Assembly (NCBI RefSeq): GCF_947568905.1
Contig: NC_079165.1
Location: 93,372,001-93,436,000, forward strand
Origin: Ostrea edulis
Taxonomy: Eukaryota
Direction of reading: 5' to 3'
DNA length: 64,000 nucleotides
Below, one piece after another: positions 12,021-23,100 of the stretch (position 1 is the first letter of the stretch; each line of letters starts with the position of its first letter). The translations under genes were made by a program, and so were the position numbers. The notes under the pieces are model-generated. The model did not search any database. It saw only the letters and a program-made list of their open reading frames with translations, and was not told the origin of the DNA.

Positions 12021-12878
12021 ATACTAATTATTCCCTTCTATTAAAATCCAAATAAATAAAAAATATTTAAAATATTTAATTTTGATTTACTTACTATTTT
12101 TTAAATTTATTATTTTTCACTTTTTATCTAGTTTTAATATAAGTTGCTTCTTTATTTCATTATGATTTACGACATCCATACCTCCCATACGGAACATATG
12201 TACGTTACTACAACACACTTCAACTTCACTATGTTGGTGCATTTGAGAGGTGATGTAGGGTGAGACTGGATCGCAATGAGATGGATAGTATAATGGCTGA
12301 TAATACAGTCACCATTCGGTTAACAATATATAGTTAACCAATCCTACCAATATCAAACAAAATGTATTGAAATAGTTGACGGGATGTTAAGAGTATAAAT
12401 ATAGTATTGTATTCGGAGCAGCAGTCACACCTCATTGGATAATGCTAATGGACGTCCAACAGATAACGAATTTATCTATCCATTCGTCTCCGTTCCTTCA
12501 AGTTGCGTTTCTTGTCCGTTTCTCTTCGGGCAACGCGTTCCTTGTCCAGCGAAAAGTTTTGAGTATGAACAAAACTTGAAACGGACATGCATGCAGCGGG
12601 TCAACTGAAGATGTTATTAACACCAACCGCATGTTTACGGATAAAAAACGCATAAAACTGATGAATAACGGTTGTCAAACGGCTATCCACGGGACCAGTA
12701 CATGTCTGTTCGCCTAACGTTGAAAGAGCGTTATATCAATACCTTATCGTTATTCAGATGATCTTGATCATCAAGACGCATCGACTCGTTCGAGAAGTCT
12801 GATAAAGACAAGCGTCTGGGTGATCGATATTATTATTCAGACGCTATTGCTTGCAATCGGGAATCTCCAGATTTGAAC

Positions 12879-12913
12879 CAGGGACCTATATACTTTTAGT
12901 ATAGAGGTCCCTG
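12879..12913. mobile_element. 35-bp hairpin mini-MITE with 8-bp TSD (hAT-like ends)
   Basis: CAGGGACCTATATACT-TTT-AGTATAGAGGTCCCTG flanked by ATTTGAAC at 12871-12878 and 12914-12921. Confidence 0.7.
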
Positions 12914-13272
12914 ATTTGAACAGACAGAGAGTTTCTACCTGTGAATCTTTCCCAGCATTGTCAATGATAGAGGGAGCAGATGGGCCCATGACGGGTCTTG
13001 TAGCTTTTCCCCGTGCCCAGCCCTTCCAAACATTTGTAGACTTTCCTTTTGAAGGTATCAAGGATACCGAAGGTCAGCAAGGGTGATGACTAAAATGATT
13101 TAACCACCCGTTTTGTCAGTCACGTGACCGGTACAAATCCGTTCGTCTATGTGTAACGTTGAAAGTTTTTCATGCGTCCTACGTTCGTTGAACCAGGTAC
13201 TTGTCCGTCATTCAGACGTTAATCGACCGTTAACTTGCCGGTACATGTCAAGTAATTGTGCCGTTATCATGC

Positions 13273-13352
13273 TAGCTGTAGAACTGTAGCTCTTTGAAAA
13301 CAATATATGTTCCGTCACAATATTTTTTCAGAGAGCTACAGTTCTGCAGCTA
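13273..13352. mobile_element. 80-bp MITE with TAG...CTA termini and 9-bp TSD (AcademH-like)
   Basis: TIR tagctgtagaactgtagctctttgaaaa / ttttcagagagctacagttctgcagcta; TSD TTATCATGC at 13264-13272 and 13353-13361. A truncated copy lies at about 28233-28290. Confidence 0.7.
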
Positions 13353-13995
13353 TTATCATGCGTTTTATACTTTTCATACACCGATCATAGGAGCCCCGAA
13401 CCGCGGCGGGAACGACTTTCATTAACAGATACCAACGGACAGCATTATGTCACTGTTATATTTATCCGTGCGACGTCCGTTTATTCTATCCGGTAAAGAT
13501 TGACTGCTCCTTTACTTCCACAAGGTTAAAACAAAACTGTTTAAAGTAATAAACCATTTCAATAAACACGGCGTATACTTTTGAAGATTATTGTTACACA
13601 TTCGTTGACCCAGTTTTGGGATTTTAAAAGTTCTTAAAACTTCGAAGACAAAAAGTCGCAAAAGGTCGTTAAAAACTTTTAAGCATAATCCACTTAAAAA
13701 GAAAAATATTCAACCAGGAAATTATACCAGCAAAATATATTGGACGGATTGCTCCTTTATTCATTAAAACTGCGTTATACTTCGACTGTTTGTCTTGCTT
13801 TTTTAACCAAGAAGAAAAGATAAGATTATGTTTTTTGTTTGCGCTCAGTGTGAAATGAATAGGTAATACATTTAAATAACGTGTCTTGTTTTGTCACTTG
13901 GATAACTCACAATCTCTTTGGAAGCAGACACTCTCAGCGACATATTGCATTAGCCACGGGACCTTATAACTGCCAAACAGGTACTACACTATTAT

Positions 13996-13997
<2 letters not shown>

Positions 13998-14036
<39 letters not shown>
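13998..14036. repeat. (CT)n microsatellite
   Basis: Uninterrupted CT run. Confidence 0.95.
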
Positions 14037-14038
<2 letters not shown>

Positions 14039-14735
14039 GTAGTTCTCGTAAAGGTGTCTGATAGCACGGATTGGGAAAGGTAGGTTGCTTAGTGGGAATG
14101 CATGATCTACAAATGTATCAATTGGATCACGCGCTCGTCTTTTTCCGTAACCGGTAAGAAGACTCGGACGTGGATCGGCGCAAGAATTGCATCAAATCGA
14201 TGCATTTCTTCGTCGGAAGCGCGCCCGTGGATGAGAGTTAAAAGGCCAGAACCGAATCCCTGAATAATATGTCATTTATATTTTCACCACAGATTAAGTT
14301 TTGATATCATTATAACGTCTTATTCACTCTAATACATAACATGTAAGTGGAAATTGATAGTGGTACAATACCTTAGATGTGTATAGTATCTTAGATGCAT
14401 TTGAAAGTTCACGTTTCATAGTGTAACGTACGACTGTGACGTCAAAGTTACGTTTATGTATACGTAACAACCAACTCTGATGACGTCGATCCACATACGA
14501 GGTTCATTTGCGGTTACCGAAATAGCCGAGTAGTTACGATTGCAAATGTATGTGAAAATCATATTCTGCTATTTCATTTTTCGAAAAATACATAAGGGTA
14601 TGAACTGACGCTGAAGCGTTGTACATGTACATGTAGCTTATGTTCTCATGTATTTTCAAAACTTAAAATTTCTTATACTTTGATATTTGTAGGAATTCCC
14701 AGTCGTTAAAATAGTTGTACAAAGATTCTTCTTGG

Positions 14736-14937
14736 CACATTGATTTTGACTACGAATAACTCCGTTTACCTCATCAAGATATAAGTCTCACAGCGGGTGT
14801 GACCAGTCGACAGGGGATGCTTACTCCTCCTAGGCACCTGATCTCACCTCTGGTATATTCAGGGGTTCGTGTTTTGCCCAACTCTCTATTTTGTACTGCT
14901 TATACATGTAGGAGTTATGAGATCGGTCGCTGTTCTT
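14736..14937 (+). mobile_element. 3' end fragment of the Penelope-like (Naiad-type) family
   Basis: Homologous to the 3' UTR of the element at 20753-20975 (gcgggtgtgacc...gatgcttactcctcctaggcacctgat). Confidence 0.8.
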
Positions 14938-15069
14938 CAGCTTTGTTAAAAGTTTTAGTACATTTGTACGTTCATGAGGAAATGGCTACCGGTATCATTA
15001 CAATTTGTAAAGACGTTAAAGGCAAAAGCATGGTAAGTATAATATACATTGTATATATATATATATATT

Positions 15070-15226
15070 ATTACTACAGTAACTTGATCCGAAGAGTCGG
15101 ATCACGTCGAGTTGACAGGCGCGGATCATCAGATCACACGAGACGCGAAGCGTCGAGTTTGATCTGATGATCCACCCCTGTCAACGAGACGTGATCCAAC
15201 TCTTCGGATCAAGTTACTGTAGTAAT
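15070..15226. mobile_element. Fold-back MITE with about 67-bp arms
   Basis: attactacagtaacttgatccgaagagtcggatcacgtc... mirrored by ...gacgtgatccaactcttcggatcaagttactgtagtaat. A second, left-deleted copy lies at about 15555-15670. Confidence 0.75.
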
Positions 15227-15415
15227 GATAAATTTATTATATACCCCCTATGTATTTTAAATCCACATTTATATGATACTAAATGTAATCCAAATTATCA
15301 AAAAATACAGACATACAGTGAAATAATGTTTTGTGTACGCAGTTTCGTTTGTGACGCAGTCAATTTTTTCCACAAATAACGTTGCGTTGATGCATTGTGA
15401 CGGCATCAGTTTCAG

Positions 15416-16882
15416 AGGATACTGATACGGAATCAGAAAACCACAGTGTGGTGATCCGGAAAACCGGATCACACGTTGTGAAATCCACAGTATCAAAGAA
15501 CGATACATTGATGGGTATATAATAAAACGATATATATATTCACTGTATATATATATTATTACGACAGAGTCGGATCACGTCGAGTTGACGCAAAGCGTCG
15601 AGTTTGATCTGATGATCCGCTCCTGTCAACGAGACGTGATCCAACTCTTCAGATCAAGTTACAGTAGTAATGATATTATATAACCCCTTTTGCATTTTAA
15701 ATCAACATTTATAAGATACTGAATGCAATCCAAATTATCAAAAATACAGATATACAGTGAAATTATGTTTTGTGTACGCAGTTTTGTTTGTGACGCGGTC
15801 AATATTTTCCACACGAAACGTTGTGTTAATGCATTGTGACGGCATCAGTTTCAGAGGATACTGATACGGAATCAGAAAACCACAGAGTGTGATCCGGAAA
15901 ACCGGATCACACGCTGTGAAATCCACAGTATCAAACAACAATACATTGATGGGTATATAATAAATTAAGTTATCAACTTCCATATTTTTCAGTGGGAATG
16001 GAGAGTCGTATTGCCATCGTTCAAACTCCCACACAGGAATTTCACAAAAGAAATGGTTTTGCGGATAAGAAGTGTGATCTAGGCGATAAACCGCCCAGTC
16101 TTCAGTACTGCCGGAAGTACACATCTTCACTTCCGTCGGACTGTAAGCCGTGGAAAATAGCTGACATGACTTTACTTTCCGCGGGGTATTTTGCTATCCT
16201 AGATTCTGCTAATTTAAGACTTAAGATTTTTACTCCAGATTTCGTTCACATTACCACTAAAATAGTTCCAGACGACTCACACAGTGTGGCAAGTTTACAC
16301 GGTAACAAGATTTACGTGATGGACAAAACGTCCGTGCAGTATTACCTGTTCAACGACGGAAGAGTAAGTTTGGAGGACAAATTCCAACTGACTGGGATGC
16401 ATTACGATATCAGCAGTGCTGGAGCTGTGTTATGTCTGACAAAATTAACGACCCTGGTCTTGAAAAATGACGAGTTTGAAACTCTAGAAACTATAAATTT
16501 CAAAGCAAGAATGGGTTATTCGCCTGGTGCTGTTATGTATGATAAAGACGGAAATTTACTATTTTACAACTGTGATTCAAACTCTATCGACTGTTGGAAT
16601 AAATTTCAGGAGGAAAAATGGCACGTAGATGAAGTGCATTCTTGTATTAGTATTCACAGTTATCAACTTGGCTGGATAGTTGTTGGATTCAAGGAAGTGA
16701 TTTTTGGCGATATGCGAGGAAAGATATGTGTACGGCAAATTAAGGAACCGGAAATTGAAGATTATAGATGTTCAGTTATAGACTGTGAACGAAAAAAGCT
16801 ATTTGTGGCTGATAAGAGTATTATATATGAATATGAACTGGGCGTAGAAAATTTACTGAACTGCAATAATCATGTTGAATAA
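15416..16882 (+). CDS. Beta-propeller (NHL/TolB-like) domain protein, resembling the C-terminus of bivalve B-box/TRIM-like proteins; 5' exons unresolved
   Basis: Open terminal exon 15993-16882 after the acceptor catatttttcag, with repeated blade-like motifs (IADMTLLSAGYFAILDSANLRLKIF; PGAVMYDKDGNLLFYNCDSNSIDCW; VIDCERKKLFVAD). Candidate upstream 99-bp phase 1-1 exon at 15416-15514. Confidence 0.6.
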
Positions 16883-17501
16883 TGTTTTTGCATTTTCTTT
16901 GCTATTATTACTCCATATTGGTATGGGTCAGAATAACAAGGAATCACAACAAAAATCAGTAACACAATTCAAAAGATTTAGCAATTTATTTTAAAACAGT
17001 AAAATATATCAATTAAAATACTAACTTATACTGGTCAAAGTTCATAAAGCAATGTCCGCTATTTGTTCACCGCTGAGCTGAATTCACATACTATATAACG
17101 TTATCGAAATATGTCGTTTAGTCTAGTCCCCAGTAATGGAATATCCATTGTAATTTTACAGAAGAGTGCTTTTTACCAGAAAATATTACAATCTATATTT
17201 ATACTAAATCACAATATTCTAGAAAGTTCTGTTCAATAGGGTTCTTATGAAATCTGTTGAGATTTTTAGAGACTCAAAATTAGGTCACATGTGCCAATAA
17301 ACAATGATTGATTGGATATTGTTTAACGTCCCTCTCAAGAATCTTTCACTCATATAGAGACGTGAAAATAATGATTGAGTAATGGGTCCAGCACACACGT
17401 TCACACGAAAATATAATTTCTTGACTGAATGTATTGCTCTTTAACCGTCTGGCTACTAAACTTGCACAACCGAAAGAGCCACATTTTGATACCGAAATGT
17501 G

Positions 17502-17629
17502 TGTGTACACCACAAGCACTTGTTTCTGTATATAAGTTATGACGTCTGTATACTAATAATAACACGTGTTATTATTAGTATACAGACGTCATAACTTATA
17601 TACAGAAACAAGTGCCTGTGGTGTACACA
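17502..17629. repeat. 128-bp spacer-less palindrome
   Basis: Two 64-bp arms with one mismatch, centred on ACAC|GTGT at 17565/17566. Confidence 0.95.
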
Positions 17630-18498
17630 TATATACCAGGTATTCAAGAAATAAATTTCATGTTTGAAAATGCATTATGATATGAACTGCGACTCTTCAT
17701 GCCTGTGTGAAGCGGTGCAATTCATTATAGGATTAAACATTCTGTTTGAAGAATTTATCAATGTGTAAACTCAGGACATTTTACTCACAAATTGAATAAA
17801 AGTGCAAAGCATACCAACAATATTTTCTACACTTTTAGGATTTATTGATGTATAAACTCTTGTTCAGCTTTATTTTTGTCCAATCAAAACAATTGTAATG
17901 AATAACATTGGAATTATACCCTCATGTATTTTTAAACATGAAATTTATTTCTTATACATGTATTTGCATTCTTCCTTCATTTCTATCAGAATTTCTAGCT
18001 GTTAAAAAGACGCTTCAGTCAATATTTATAAAGTAGTTCTGTATTCATACACTCATTGCATATACAACTGCAGCGCGTTTATGAGGAAATGTCTATCATT
18101 ACAATTTGTAAAGATGCCAAAGGCAAAAATCAATGGAAATTGCTGTCGTCCTCTGATCGAATGTAAAAACCAAAACTGCATATATATTAATACATGTGCG
18201 TTTCTATAGAGTGTATAATTCAATAATTATTGTAATGGACATAATAAATGCTAATTTCATCCATTAATTATAGATAAAAAAAAAATAAAAGAAAAAAAAA
18301 TAAAATCATGATAAAGTACGCGCTAATGATATCTTCTTGTATTCGATCAATTTTGGATGTCTAGTTTTTAATCTTTATTGACATTAAATGAACATACTTT
18401 TATGGATAAACATAACATTATATACAATCTACAAGCCCATGAGAGGCTTAGTAACCTGAGCAAATACAATGAGAAAAATACATAATTGACAGTATTAA

Positions 18499-18953
18499 AG
18501 GGACTGGTACGGTTTTAAAAAAAAAATTATTTTTGTCATTTTTGCATTTGATGTTGAACATCAATACTTTAGCCTTAACTCGTGTTATGTAAATAAGGCT
18601 TGAACCTTCTTTATGTTTACAAACAAACTAGTGAAATGTTAATTTTGTAATTTAAAAATTCCTAATTTTGCAGACATCAATTTAACTTTAAAATTGCACA
18701 TATATACATTGTATTCTTACCTAAAGAATACTTGAAATGTGATATATACCATAAACTTGGATAATCAACCATATATTTTCAAAACTGTGTTTGTAAACAT
18801 TACAACATATCTCAATCTTTGTTTACACAATAGATGGTAAACTCTCTATAATGTGCTCCTGTCATAATGTATACCTTTGGTTTTCTTGATAAGTAAATTT
18901 TTACCATTAAAAGTGAAAAACAAACTTCTTGAAAAAATCACGAATCGATCCCT
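18499..18953. mobile_element. Kolobok-like MITE (degenerate)
   Basis: TTAA|AGGGACTGG ... CGATCCCT|TTAT ends. Confidence 0.4.
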
Positions 18954-20129
18954 TTATAACAAGTAATATTCTTTAAACATACAATTATACATCTTGTGAT
19001 TTATGAACAATAGAAGCTTTGGAAAAAGAAATGTCACAGTGGGTGTTTATAAGTTTATATATAAATTTGTGTGTGTCAAATAATGCTCGTGTATAAATGT
19101 ATTGCTCATAGATTTGAACCCTCTATCACCATAATATTTATAATCTTACTTAATCTTAAGAAGTTCTGGTAAAATTAAAAATTGGTTGGTTCACGAAACA
19201 TCTTTAAGGGGCGGTTATGTCATAATGCATGCAGGTGAAATATTTTCAATTCAGATACTATTTTCAAAATTTCACTCCATTTATGAACTCCTGATATGTA
19301 TTTACAAAACGTAAGAGGGGTCTCTGACAAAGCGAGTTTTTGGGGATATCCATTATCAAAGCATTATATCTTTGTAACCTTGTGCATACTCCACCCACCC
19401 CCACCCCCTTAAGACTTATACAAAAGAACAGGGTTAACGGTATTTCTAATTGACACAAGTTTTACTTCAATATGTATGATTCAAGATGACCAATTTTAAT
19501 TTTTTGTAGATTGCCTTCAGATAGTCCTTTTCTCAAACCATTCAGATCTGGATACACAATTTAAGCGACATGTACTGGATACATGATTAATATCGAATTG
19601 TTTTGAAATCCAAAATTGAATATCAGATTTTCAAAACATGTGATTTGAGTTACAAAACATGCACTTCCTTATAAAATAAAAATGCACTTCCTCATCACAT
19701 GCTATTGGAGTCTGGCGTTGAAAACTTCCCTGTGCACGATTTATGCAGGTTTATCCAGTATTGATATAGTGACCTGTAAATATTTATGTATACATGTATA
19801 TTTGAAAATCATAATCCCGGTTTCTTTTCACATATATCATTTCACATTAGTGAACATACATTCGTGTATGGATTGATTGTAATTGATGAATTTTGTTCTG
19901 TATGAGTATGCATACGTTATTGCAAGTTTATATATTAGTTGTCTTGTTCGAGAAAGATTCTCAGCTAGACAGATAATAAAAGCCCCATATTTTCACTATA
20001 TCCTTGGAAGGGGCATGATCTCTCATATGACAAACAGACAGACAATGGATAAAAGCCGAACTGACAAAGTGCAATACTAATGTAGAAATTACCGGAACTG
20101 ACAAAGAGCAATACTAATGTAGAAATTAC

Positions 20130-23100
20130 CTGAACTGTCATCGACTTTGTCATACACATTTCCTGACTCCGAATTCTCCACATCAGAATGTTGGGAGCTA
20201 TAAACAGTATCAAAGAATTAGTTTTTATCTCAATAGGTTTAAGACATTGCAGTCTTGTAAACATTTTCAGAAAATTGGTCAGACATTGTACATCACTTAT
20301 CTCACCTTAAGGCTGCTTCCTGGTGACCACTGCCTATAAAATAATTCTGATTTCCGTTAGAATTTCTTCCTTTACGAAAGATTTTTTTTAGACTTTTTAG
20401 AACTACAGTATATATATAATGTAGAACGGACAAGAATTGCAGTGTGCAGAAATGAGAAGACGGGAATCTTACGATCTGGTTTTGTCGTTATGTCCTGGTA
20501 CTGGTGGTTATCGGCCCTAGTAACGTTCTCCAAAACATAATCTTGATTTTGACTGGAAAAAAAGATTATACATGCATATCGAGTGTATGTACTGTTCTTG
20601 CCCTAAGTTACTGTTTTCATATATGTTCATGGACTCAAAAGGTTTGTGAATTTATCCAAACATATTTACACTGCCATGCCTTTATGCTTCCGATATCCTT
20701 ACCAATTGAAATGATAACCATTTCCTCATGAATTTGAACGATGTACGCATCAATGCAAGGTGAAGATAACGAACAGTGATCAATTTCATAACTCCTACAA
20801 GCAATACAAAATAGATAGTTGGGCAAACACGGACCCCTGGACACACCAGAGGTGGGATCAGGTGCCTAGGAGGAGTAAGCATCTCCTGTTGACCGGTCAC
20901 ACCCGCCGTGAGCCCCATATCCTGATCAGGTAAACAGAGTTATCCGCAGTCAAAATCAGTGTGCCGAGAACGGTTTAACAATCGGTATGAAACACGTCAG
21001 ACAGCATTTGACCCAATGCGAGGTCGTATTGACGAACTAGATCGTTATAACGACCATAGAATTTGCGAAATGCTGACTTCAATCGAGGCTGTTGAAATCC
21101 CTGTACCATCAACTTGTTTGTCAGTTGCTTACCTCGATTTAAAAACTGACTATACCCAGAACAAGCTCTTGCATATCGAATCAGTTGAGATATATAAACA
21201 CCATATGCAGGTGATAATGGAATATTGCTACATAAATGTGGGAAGTTGACGATGGAGAAGCTGAAATCATCCCGTTTGTCATACAGTTGAGTTGTTAGTT
21301 TGCCGTTAATGTCTACTTTCAATAAAATATCTAAGTATGAAGCAGAAGTGGACGACTCTGTGGTGTCCTTTATTTCGAGCTCACAGGGATATATCAAATC
21401 GACATATGAATAAAAGCTATCATTGTTAATAGACAAAACGTCATCGATATATCTAAAAGTCGAATTGAAGGTCACAGCGAGATATTTTTTCTTCTCACGT
21501 AGAAGTTTTTGAATAAATTCTGCTTCATATGAATATAAAAACAGGTAAGCTAACAAAGGAGCACAATTCGTGCCCATGGGAATTCCAACAGACTGTTGGA
21601 AGACCTGATCACCAAAGACCACAAAGATATTGTCAATGAGGAACTCTAGCATATTTTTTATTTCAACTTCAGAGTACTTGTGCGTGGAATCAGAGTGGTG
21701 TTTAACAAAGTAAGTTTTTGAATGACTGATCACTAGATATGAATATTTCCGTTTTCCGTTTTTGTTGAAGAAGCAACTGTCTATGATGTCAAAAAGTCTA
21801 GTCTTTAATTTATCGTGAGGAATGGTCGTGTATAGTGTTGAAAAGTCATAGGTTTTAATGCTATTGATTTGGGAAAAATTCTGTGATTTCAAGTTTACTA
21901 AAAGTTCTTTAGAATTGTTTAGAATCCACATTTGATTGACAACACTTCTGGCATATATAGTCGCACAGTAAGTTTGAAGTTTCTCCTTCACAGCTGTTAA
22001 CATTTTCGTGAGGAGCAAAGATAGGGGTTTGGTAGAGCACTTACTGGATCCAGCAATGTATCTTTGTTTGTAAGGGTTTTTATGTAGTTTAGGAATCCAG
22101 TATAGGTACGGTAACTCATATTCATTCGACCCATTGACTGGAATATTAAATGTGTCTAAAACTGAAGCATGGTTTTGAAGAATTTCGTCTTTTGAAAGGG
22201 CAGTTGGAGTATAAGTATGATTACCAAAAGTGGAATTAATGCCAAGTTCGTTTAAAATACAGTTGTAATAATGAGCCTTACAAACAAAGACAATGTTGTT
22301 ACTAGCTTTGTCAGCTGGAACCAAAACATATTCCTCATGTAACCTATCTAATTCTTTTATCACTTCTGGTTTACTAAACACAGAAGGATAGATGGTACGT
22401 ACTTTTGTTTTCATGTGTCTAATCTTCATAAATGTAGTACGATTATTTTAATGGCTGGGAATATTCCAACAGAAATGAAAGTAAAACATAAAATATTTCT
22501 TAAATACACTCAGTTGTGTTGATGCATAATTTTGTGGAAAGCTACTGCATATTTTACATTTTCTTGATCACCTGATTTCGTACAACTACGAAAACGACCA
22601 AAAGTTGTATTCATTTACAATTGATAAAACAACAGTCTGACGCTTAAAAGTCGATAAAGATTATGTAATACTTACTCCAATTCCCTACAGCATATGATGC
22701 CTGGAAGAGAACAAAACTGTATATGAACGATGTTTCATATATCAGACACAAAGCAAATACTGTTCGCAAATGAAAGAAACTGGATAATTTTTTAGGGAAT
22801 GTAAGAAAATGAAGAAGAAGAAAAACATGCTGTATTTGATTACGAACATATATATTTAATTATAATTTTCAATATTTAAAAAAATGTATTTGGAGTGAAT
22901 GACCTTACAATAAACTGGAAAATTACAGTATGTAAAGTTGGTCGTTAAGTCGCAAGTTTATTTTTTAATTTTTTTTTTTAATAACGCGCCCCAGTTTCGT
23001 ATTGCATCACACTTTCATATATGGATGAAAGGAAGCGTAATTAACTGGCATAATATTAACATGAAATATCTTGATATTCATTGAATTCCTTACGTTTCTG

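Noticed and set aside
15738-16130. 130-aa minus-strand ORF
   Set aside because: Antisense shadow of the duplicated segment and the propeller exon; the plus frame has the splice signals and domain-like sequence.
22572-22585. 14-bp microexon in the Ig receptor tail
   Set aside because: It has AG/GT ends, but including it breaks the phase with the Tyr-motif exon at 20552.
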